Shown here: piece by piece, positions 1 through 9,406 of the stretch | Layout of the letters: the number at the start of each line of letters is the position of its first letter | How positions within the stretch are numbered: position 1 is the stretch's first letter | From: Vitrella brassicaformis CCMP3155 | Taxonomy: Eukaryota; Protista; Chromerida | Length of the DNA: 64,000 bases | Assembly (NCBI GenBank): GCA_001179505.1 | Contig: CDMY01000656.1 | Span: 62,001 to 126,000 of the forward strand | Direction of reading: 5' to 3' | The notes under the pieces: generated by a model | What the model was told of the DNA's origin: nothing | Seen by the model: the letters and a program-made list of their open reading frames with translations, nothing else | Databases searched by the model: none | Position numbers and translations under genes: made by a program

Positions 1-452
1 GTACCGTCAGCAGCGACATCCATCTGTATGACATGGGGCATCGCGTCAGCGTCAGTATAGCGCCCCACCACCTCTCTCACATGCGTCAAGAGCGCCGCCT
101 CACGCCGATGATGGTCCTTGCTGGCCCACCCCGGCACCCCTCGCCCCCACGTCACCAGAGGCATGCGCATCTTGAGGCCGAGTTCGGTGGACAGATCGGC
201 CATTCGGTCGCAGAGGGAGAAGTCGAAGACGCCTTGCTGTGGCTGCAGGACGCCCATTGTGCCTGACAGAGAGACAGACGGATGCTTTGGTGTGGGGGTG
301 ATTGTCCGTCTGTGTGTGCACATTGTGCAGATGTCGGCAGCAGGTTCGATTCTTCTGCCTGTGTCTGCAGGTAGGTGGGGTCTGTGAGCTGCCGTGGTGA
401 GGTGACGGCAAAGCCCACATACATCCTCCGCCCATCGGCCAATGCGCGAACG
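1..452 (-). pseudogene. 5'-truncated duplicate of the GH10-like module (copy of ~2664-3115); runs off the left window edge
   Basis: Near-identical to 2664-3115 at offset 2663, including the intron. ORFs 33..266 vs 2696..2929 and 118..387 vs 2781..3050 differ at only a few residues. The splice acceptor (GTGCAG|GCGGCG) of the full copy is missing; similarity ends in a (CA)n tract. Confidence 0.8.
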
Positions 453-1068
453 CACACACACACACACACACACAGTAGATGCACGTTTGCGCGCCGCACA
501 GACACACACACTGGCATGCAGACTGGGGGCGGCACTGAGTGAGAGAAAGACGCCTACAGAACAAAGGTGCAGGCGAGAAGCTGAGTGCGTGTGTTCCAAG
601 ATAATGTGACAATGGGCTATCAAGCCTTACCAAGCAGAGGGAATGAGGTTGTGTGTGCGGGTCATGAGGGGAATCCCAAGTTGGTCAAAAGGTATCCCAC
701 CTCGGGAATGACGAAGTAAAGACCATATAGGTCGGTCTTCATCGCAATCGCATCTCCATCACCAGCATACAAAAAGTCTGCTACAGGCCCTTGACGTCCT
801 TGCCGATTCCTTGAGGTCCTTCATCCTTTTCCTGAGCCGACAAGCGCACAGACAGAGAGAGATGTCAGCTGGAGGGCCTTGTGGCTGCTCCTCGCTTCAT
901 GTGTGGCCTCTCTATGTGTGAGCCTCTCTGGTGCCCTTTGTGTTTTGGGAAAGGCATGTGCCGTTAGCGACCCCTAGCACCACTCAAGCTCGCAACTGTA
1001 AACGCTCTCTGATTTTGAGGGCTTTTTCCCATCGCAGGGGGTCGGAGCGGCGGCTGAGGTGCTCATCT

Positions 1069-1092
1069 AAACCCTAATTATGCGTAGGGTTT
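1069..1092. promoter_or_regulatory. Inverted pair of telo-box-like octamers AAACCCTA-N8-TAGGGTTT
   Basis: aaacccta at 1069-1076 and tagggttt at 1085-1092, in intergenic DNA. Function not shown. Confidence 0.3.
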
Positions 1093-1280
1093 GCGAAATT
1101 CGTGAATGCGCGTGTGCAGGATTGCGCAGGACTCAAGAAGGCGCCTTCCCACACACGGATGTGCGCAGGGGTGGGCTGTGTGTGCAGAGAGGGAGGGAGG
1201 GGGCGTGCTCTGTCCCTCTCTCTCTCTCTCTCTCTCTCTTTCTGTGTGTGTGTGTGTGCGTGTGTGTGTTTGTGTGTGCT

Positions 1281-1354
1281 GGTCCGTGTCCATGGTGAAG
1301 TGACGCGACCGACCGACCGGCGGAAGCATCCAGGGCCATTAAATAACATCCGTC
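1281..1354 (-). repeat. ~73-bp dispersed repeat, copy 1 (partner at 15299-15372)
   Basis: Reverse complement GACGGATGTTATTTAATGGCCCTGGATGCTTCCGCCGGTCGGTCGGTCGCGTCACTTCACCATGGACACGGACC aligns to 15299-15372 at roughly 85% identity by eye. Both copies are followed by CA-rich tracts. Confidence 0.75.
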
Positions 1355-1823
1355 CGTCCTTCAAATTAGGGTGACTGCGTTGATGACACTAGCTACCCAC
1401 AAAAACGTGTGGCACACACGCACACACACATGGACTAAAGACACACACGCGCACACACGAAGCGGATGAAGGACAAAACGCCCTAACCTGCAAGAGAGCG
1501 GGTGAATGCAGGCCGATCTATAGAGAGAGAGGGAGAGAGGGGATGTGTCCCTCCATGTCTCGATGGATGGATGGATGGATAAAGGGAGCACGCGCACGCA
1601 TGCACAATGGGACACACGAAGGCACGACACGAAGCGATATCGATATCTACAGACGACGGTGTGAAGACCAATCAATTGCCCGATGCAGCGGTGGTAGGTA
1701 CCAAAAGGACTACAGCTACACACACGGCGATGTTTTCTCTACACACACACATACACGAAGGAAGCGCACGCGCGACAACGAAGGAGACAACACCAATGCG
1801 ACGCATGAGCCCCACACACACTA

Positions 1824-3122
1824 TCAGGCTCCCATGAGGGCCTTCCGCACACCGACATACGATGAGCCACTCAGCAGCAGAGACCGGTGGCTGCGCTGGC
1901 CCTTGTCGAGCCATGACACTGACACGCCTCCCATCGTCACTGTGGTGCAGTTGGGCTCCTCAAGACAGATGCGCGTCAGCAGCATGGACACCTCCACCTG
2001 ATCGATGACACACACACAGGGGGATGAGGGAAGGTTTGCTGCGATGCGCGACTGGCGTGCCCAGGTGGTACCTACCTGCTCTTGGAAGGCCAGCTCGTTC
2101 CTGCCATGCAGCTGCCGGCATGTGGCCGACTTGCCGCATGAGACCTCCAGCTGCGTCATGTGGACCTCCATGCCTAACCGTCCGATGCGACGGACCTGGC
2201 GTGACACACCTGATGGATCACACACACACAGATGGCGAGAGAAGGTCTCTGTGCGGCGGTTGAGAGCTTACTGTCGAAGTCTGTGCCGTGAAGGGCGACG
2301 CGCATCTGCATGGCCACTCCATTGACCGGCGCGCCTTTCTCCTTCAGGAACCGCAGATACTGATACATCGCCTCTCCCTTCCCCTGCACACACACACACA
2401 CACACGGAAAGGTGTATGTTCCTCTCATTCCCCTCACCCCTTTGCTTGATTCGATGTGGTGGTCGCTGATCATGAGCCGTATGGGCGCGTTGCCGGCGGC
2501 CTCACGCGCCGCCTTGAAGGCCCTCTCCACCCACCCTGACGGGCCGTGGAGAACCGGGGAATTCTGTGGGTCCTTCTGCACATTGGAGAGCACTGCACAC
2601 ACACAAGGAGGGAGGGGAGTCCACATACACATATACTTCGTTGATTCCGGCATTCACTCGGGCGTACCGTCAGCAGCGACATCCATCTGTATGACATGGG
2701 GCATCGCGTCAGCGTCAGCATAGCGCCCCACCACCTCTCTCACATGCGTCAAGAGCGCCGCCTCACGCCGATGATGGTCCTTGCTGGCCCACCCCAGCAC
2801 GCCTCGCCCCCACGTCACCAGAGGCATGCGCATCTTGAGGCTGAGTTCGGTGGACAGATCGGCCATTCGGTCGCAGAGGGAGAAGTCGAAGACGCCTTGC
2901 TGTGGCTGCAGGACGCCCATTGTGCCTGACAGAGAGACAGACGGATGCTTTGGTGTGGGGGCAATTGTCCGTCTGTGTGTGCACATTGTGCAGATGTCGG
3001 CAGCAGGTTCGATTCTTCTGCCAGTGTCTGCACATAGGTGGGGTCTGTGAGCTGCCGTGGTGAGGTGACGGCAAAGCCCACATACATCCTCCGCCCACCG
3101 GCCAATGCGCGAACGCCGCCTG
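1824..3122 (-). other. GH10 (endo-xylanase-fold) module, probably catalytically inactive
   Basis: The GH10 motif order is conserved. WDVVNE reads MDVAAD (2669-2686), ITELD reads MTQLE (Q at 2151-2153), and QSH reads QMR. Confidence 0.75.
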
Positions 3123-6100
3123 CACACACACACACACACACACCATAACACGCAATTCGCGCAGACATCCGCAGGCGCCCCCTTTCAGCCACTCACCATC
3201 GAGCGACGCACTTGCAGCACTGAAATGCGCCTTGAGATCCGGCGTGATGGTCTCAACCTGATGGACCTGCTGACTCCGAGCACTCAGCCGACCCCTTGTG
3301 TGTGTCGCCATCACTGTCACTATGTCCGACTCGAGAAGAAAGGGCTCCACCAGCGCGCATGGCGCGTGTCGCGTGTCGGCACACGACGGGCCCACCGACC
3401 GAATGTGCCACGGGCAGCACAGCTCCCTCATCTCCTCATCCCCACTCTCACAGGCCTCCCCCTCAGCGTCATCACGCGCGCCACATATGCTCGCGGAGCA
3501 GGCCGACCACTCCTTGTTGAACACGCCGTTGGCGATCTCGGTGCAGTAGGCTTGGGGGTCGACTGTGAAGCGGCAGGGCAGCTCTGACGCTGAGCCGTCC
3601 GGTGCACACGCGGGCAGCATCTCATAGTCGGGGCAGCAGAGTTCCGGGGTGGTGGGTGAGCATTGGTCGGCGTCCGCGCCGCAGTTGTCGCACGACTTGG
3701 GGCAGCAAACTTGGTGCGTCACGTCGAACTTCCCACCCAGCTGCTGCGCACACACGGCTGCAGGGAACAGGGGAAGTGGAAAGAGAGAGCGACATGTGTG
3801 TCAGTGGAATCGACTCTCGACTTACCGGCGTTGGATATCTCTTCCATCGGTGTGGCAGCGATGCTCGCAGTTGTGACGGGCCTGTTCCTGCCACTCGCCC
3901 GGTGGGTCTCCATCATGGTGACGCTCTCGTCATCCACAGCACACGGGGCAACCTCTAACTTGGAGCAGTAGAGATCACTTCCAGCCGCCCTGATCTCCTT
4001 GCTGCAGCACTTGTCCGGACGGCTGTCTGCGCGCAGCGAGCAGCCCTCCCCGCCGCACTCTTCGCATTCGATGGGGCAGCAGACCTCTCTCGCTTCGTTG
4101 AATACCCCGCCTATGTAGTCCTCGCACACGCGTCGCTTCGTCCATCGGTCCTTGATGGACATATCGGGCCGCTCCGTCAACACACACGGAAGCGCGGGGG
4201 TCCCATTTCCGTTGCTGCCGCTGCTGCATGCGGCCATTGCGGCCATTGCGGTTGTTGTCTCGTTCGTAGAGCAGTCGATGCTGCCGAGCGCGCCTCTCTT
4301 GCAGCAGACACCGGTGTCACGGTCGTAGCTGCCGTCCAGATGCCGCCTGCATAGCACCTCCCTCTCATAGACAGGTGCCACATCCGCCTTGACAGAGAAG
4401 AAGGTAGCTGCGGTGACCAGACATGGGGGCTCGTGGTCTATGTCGCAGGAAGAGGCGTTGCTGGCGTGTATGCCCGTGGAACAGCACACTGCTGTTCCGC
4501 CTGGCAGGCTCCCGCAGTCCATGCCGCCACACTGGCCACAGTCAGAGGGGCAGCACGCGTCCTCGCCATCCGACAAACCCCCAAGCTTGTGCTGACAGAT
4601 CTCCCTGCAGACAGAGAGAGGGAGACAATTGCACAGGGGGCACATTAGGCACGTGCACTGACTTCACGTACCAGGCACTCTCCGCAAAGGCGTCTTTGGA
4701 CGCCTCGTCCATCCGGCACGGCACAGCAGACGCATTGCTGCAGTCGGTCCCATGGGCGCGCAGCATGTCCGGGCAGCACTCGCTGTCGGTCTCGCATGTC
4801 TGTCTGTCGCACGACGCGCATTTCGCCGAACAGCAGACGGTGGCTCGGTCGTCGGCGATGCCACCAAGTCGGGTGCAGAGGGTGGTCCGATCGGCGGCCG
4901 AGAATGCGTCACTTCGGAGAGATATGTTCGCTGCACGAATGCACACACAGGAGATAACAAGATTTCCATACTCCATCCACAGGTGTTTGTATGTCTTATT
5001 CTGTACCCACCTGGCTTGGTGATGTCGTCAACAGGAGGAGGCTCGCCCCCATTCCCATCGACAAGCGCGGCTCTCACAAGATCCACATTGCGCATGGTGC
5101 ACGGCGGGGCCCCCCTGTCCTCGCACCTCTCGGCATACTTCTCGATCTCCTCCACACAGCACTCGGGCTCCATCCCCGTGCATCTCTCGCCGGTCGCGCA
5201 TTCGCTGCAGATTTCTGACGGACAGCATGCTCTGGTCGCATTGAGGCCGCCCTGTCCGAAGGTGCCGCCCAGTGCGGTGCAGGCTCGGTTGAAAGTGACG
5301 TTGAGTGTGGGCATGAGGGCTTCGGTGATGCGGCAGGGAGGGGTGTGCTCGCCGTCACATGCCGGTTTTAAAATCACTTCGTAGTCACAGCACTCGTCCC
5401 TGCCGCCCTCTCTGCACGCGTCAGGCAGCCATGCAAGCGTGTTTGTGCGTCCTGTGGGTGTGGAGGCTTTCGTGCTTGGTTACGTGTCTTCGCAGAATGC
5501 CCCTCCGCACTTGTCGCCACATCGGCCTGCAGGGCAGCAGTTGCCCGACAGCCCGTAGATGCCACCCACCTTGTGCTCGCACAGCCACTTCCTCTCCTCG
5601 AATGTCATGCCGGGGTGACGCTCTTGCTGCACTCAGACAGACAGACAGACGATGGACGGATGGACGTGTCCATACTGGTGTGTGTACCTTTTGGAACTGT
5701 GAGTTGAGTGAGAGAGGGTCGTTAGGGTGGTTGGGCTCGACGAAACCTGGAATGGTCGTCACGAGCGACTCGTTCTGACGCGTGGCCATCCAGACACACA
5801 GACGCACAGATGGTGCCCATCCATTCAGGTCATGCTGGCCAGCTCACCCACCGACCATAATTGATACGGCATCGATCCTGATCGGTGGGGACATTTTCGC
5901 CTCGTCAAGCGAACCAACATGATCGGCGAACGACACCTGCAGGGAGACAGACAGACAGACGGACGGACGGACAAGGACACACATGCTCGCACACCAACAG
6001 CCGCCCACCGACCTACTGGACCTACCGTGAACGCTCCATTGTTCCGCTCTGCGTTAAACCAAGAGGCGAGACGAGGATGGTACATCCGCATGTGCTTGAC

Positions 6101-6955
6101 GGGCACCGCTGCGTTCATGAAACTCACCTGCACACACACACACACACACACGCATCCTCGCATCCTCATGTGCGCCGAGTGTCCACTCGTTCTCACCACA
6201 AAGTAATAGTTGGTTGCTCGTGTGGGGAACGATGCGTAGATTGAGACGTTGTCATTGGCCAGACCGGGGCAGGGCACAAAGCGCCAGCTGGCCTCCTGCG
6301 TTGCGTGAGCCCTGGTGCTGCTCTTGACTGCCGCAAAGGGCATGACCGTGAGAAGGTTCTCTGGGCATCCCTCACACCTGCACACATACCCACACGGAAG
6401 GAGGCCGCATGTGGCTGCTGGCTGGATGGATGGATGGTGACATGATCGGCTGGTTACCCATCGACGACGAGCATGTGGTGGAGTGCTTCCGCATCCAAGG
6501 GACCCTCTGTGGTGGGGTAGATCTGCAGGAGCACACCACGGACAACCCTGGCTGTGTCCTCCCTCTGTTTGATTGATGTGCGTACCTCCATGCAGGTGCC
6601 GCAGGCCAGGCCGTCTTCGAAGTGTGTCTGCGGTACCCTCACCACACCGCTCACACTGGGAACTGGAGGCAGCTTGTGGATCGAGCACCCTCCCTGCCCG
6701 ATGACAACCGCCACCAACAACAATGGCAGCACCACACACCAACGCTAAGGTGTTGTCATTGCCTTCTGTGCAGTGTGCCTTGTGTACCGTATGTGATTCG
6801 TTCCAGAATGCCTCGTTGTCGAGATTTGCTGTGTGCCATGGCTTGTAGAAGTTGAAGGGCGCAGCAGCACGAGGGAGGCTCAGCAACGCTGCTGCAGCTG
6901 TGAGGGCAAGGATGGCGAGATAGTCCCTGGCAGTGTGGCCATCACCGTCTTGCAT
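1824..6955 (-). CDS. Secreted modular protein: signal/anchor + expansin-like (DPBB + CBM63) + 8 Cys-rich repeats + GH10-like TIM barrel (multi-exon)
   Basis: N-terminal hydrophobic stretch YLAILALTAAAALLSLPRAAA. Expansin motifs GGCS...FEDGLACGTCME...VVDGCEGC...SWRFVPCP...NYYFVV...VSFMNAAVPV. Eight C-x-GG...CC...C..CG...CC...PC modules. GH10 motifs RALAGGRRMYVGFAV, QPQQGVFDF, VERAFKAAREA, LKEKGAPVNGVAMQ, LGMEVHMTQLEV, ICLEEPNCTTVTMGG. GT-AG junctions checked by eye for several exons. Confidence 0.8.
3300..5630 (-). repeat. Eight tandem Cys-rich protein modules (~60-70 aa each)
   Basis: Modules begin CEHKVGG, CTALGG, CTRLGG, CQHKLGG, CRRHLDG, CEDYIGG, CAQQLGG and CTEIANG. Each is followed, with some degeneracy, by (V/A)CC, a C-x2-CG-like motif, CC and a terminal PC. 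Confidence 0.85.
5960..6830 (-). other. Expansin-like module (DPBB + CBM63) within the 1824-6955 gene
   Basis: Spliced peptide WHTANLDNEAFWNESHT|GGCSIHKLPPVPSVSGVVRVPQTHFEDGLACGTCME|IYP...MLVVDG|CEGCPENLLTVMPFA...SWRFVPCP...ATNYYFVV|VSFMNAAVPVKHMRMY...WFNAERNNGAF follows the motif order of expansin/EXLX proteins. Confidence 0.75.
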
Positions 6956-7173
6956 CGTCTGCACGGCAACCTGTCTTCGTCTTTATCTTGAAATAGTAGG
7001 CCAGCCCTTGTTGCTATTCCGGCCGATACTAGCTCGCACTTCCTGACACGAGCGAAGGATGGAGGGCGAAGAAGAGGTAGATGCGCACCTTGCTAGGCGC
7101 CGCACACGGCATCGAGCCTGTTGAAGCTACAAGACAGCACTCCGATCCATAGCTTTCGCGACTTGGTCGCACG

Positions 7174-9142
7174 ATGGCTGCCAGCTGTAGTGCCGCAGCC
7201 CAGGTGAGAGAAGAGGAAGCTGCAGGCCAAGCAAAATCCCTACATCATGACGTGAACAATTTGTGCTGTCTGTGTGTGGTTTGTCATTCGCTTTGGTGCA
7301 GATGAGCGCAGTGATCCGGGCGCAGCTGCTGCCTCAGGTAGAAGGCTATCGGATGAAGCAGGCTCAGGTATCAGCTGACCAAAACACCAAAACCAACTCG
7401 TCCATCCATGCAGTGCATCCAGCGCTCATCGGCTGCTGGTGTCTGTGTGTGTGTGTGGTGCAGGTCAACAGTTGCATCGACCAACTCCTGCAGATGGACA
7501 CCGCTGCTGCGATGGCACCACTGGTGCGGCAGGCTGCCAAACACACCGCACACCACAAAGCCCTCTGTTGCTCTCGTCGACTTGATTCATTCATCAGATG
7601 GTGGCCAAGGTGAGTCGTCAATTTGCTGCTGTGTCCGACCTGCTGGCCGAGTTGGCAGACACCATCAACTCGACCATCGCACTGACAAGACATAGCTGGA
7701 CACAGGTGAGGGAGTGACTGATCACAGGCAGGCACAAACGCAAGACCCACACTGATGTGGTGTGTACGTCTCATGTGTGTGTTGTGTGCATGTCCTTCTT
7801 TCTGTGTGCAATCAGGCGCGACGGCTGCACCTGACTGACATCCCCGCCAACCCCATGAGCGTCGTCATGGAACTGTCTGACCTCACCACCATCGCCCACG
7901 TCAAGTCGACAGCCCGACCCATCAGAAATGCCCTCTGGCCGATCGTGCGCAACCTTCGGCTGCCGAAGGCCATCGAGCGGGCGGGGGTTAATGGCGTGGT
8001 GCAGTTCGACGATCAGCTGAGCGACGGCGATGTGATGAAGGCCATGTGGGTGGTGGAGGAGGGGGGCGAGGGCGGCTGGGGGGAGGTGGACGACACACTG
8101 AGACTCTCGGAGCATTGCGGCTATTCCCAGCTGCCGATCACTGTGGCTGCTGGAGACCTGCAGATACACGCCACCAAGGCGGTAAACACAACAAACAGGA
8201 GAGGCAATGGGTGAGCTGCTGGATGTGTGTGTGTTGGGTGCAGAATTTCTTGGCACTGCCCCGTTTCTGTGCGCAGTGGATGCTCGTGGGCTGCCATGTC
8301 GTCCTCCGCCGCCCCACTGGCCAGCAGGACGGCACACTACAGCTGTTCCGCCACAACGATCAGATCCGCGCCATCCGCAACGAGCCCAACTTCACCATCA
8401 CACCCAACCCACCCCTCCCCCTCCCCAACCGCCCCGTCCACCCCTTCTCGCAACACCCCTTCACCCACCACGCCAAGCCACACGACCCGCCAGTCAGCAG
8501 CCGCATTACGTGGCAAAATGGTGTGGGCTGGGTGACGATTGGCGTCAACGACGGGCCTCTTTACGCATCGGCGAGTTCCATGTTGAAGGACCTGGTCCTG
8601 TGTCACCGGCTGTTGGCTGTGAGCGGCTTCACCGACTCGCCAGCAGTGGTGGTTGACCGGTGAGTGAATGGACGGCACGCAATGAGAGGGCGAATGGCTA
8701 TGTGGTGCGTCATTGATGTGTGTGTCAGGAGTGCGCATGGTGGCCACCTCGACGGCATCATCACCCAATCGCCGCACAGGCCCCTCGCCGAGTGCCCGGA
8801 CGTGACGGCATTTGAGGGGGCCAATGGGCGGTGTATGCAGTCGCATGTGCTGACGACGTCGGACGACCCATTCATCGCATGGACTTACTTTGGCATCTTC
8901 CCAGGCGACAACCAGGACGGTACGATACACATTGACAACACATCCATGCTGTCGTGTCGTCTGATCATCCGCTTTGCTGTTGTCTGCATGCAGTGCGCGT
9001 CATCATCCGTACCAGCGAGGCGCCAGCAGCAGGTGTCCCTCAGGATGCGCCCTTCGCCCAGCGGTTCCCCCTGACGGCCGCCAAGGTGCGTTGCGTCCTC
9101 GGCCTCATCGCACCCATCGTGCTTGATGGCCAGGCGCCATAG
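7174..9142 (+). CDS. Lineage-specific family protein, paralog A (weak F-box-like motif), multi-exon
   Basis: Micro-exon MAASCSAAAQ|MSAVIRAQLL..., then RRLHLTDIPANPMSVVMELSDLTTIAHVKST..., GWVTIGVNDGPLYASASSMLKDLVLCHRLL..., ending VLDGQAP*. Exon structure is shared with paralogs B and C. Confidence 0.75.
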
Positions 9143-9406
9143 ATACAAGGTGAAACATGCAGGCATGCATGTGATGTGTATGCCCAAGATGCCTGTGTGT
9201 TGGTCTCTGTCATACAGGATGGTCGTTTCGCTCGAAGGATGACCCGCTTGACTGGGCGGCTGACTGGCTGGCTGGCTGTTAGTGGGATGGTCCTCTCTTC
9301 AACACGTGCAGCCTGCCGACGTGTCTGCACCAAATCCATCAACACACAGAAAAAACATCAACACACACGCGCATCATCATGCCATTGTGTGGCTCTCACC
9401 TTGTAT

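Noticed and set aside
600-960. Possible small minus-strand coding exons (e.g. ADFLYAGDGDAIAMKTDLYGLYFVIPEVGYLLTNLGFPS)
   Set aside because: The frames are short and stop-bounded, with no consistent splice path and no recognisable family.
1067-1092. Telomere or chromosome end suggested by CTAAACCCTAA
   Set aside because: Only about 1.5 repeat units are present, with no tandem array. Kept only as a possible telo-box.
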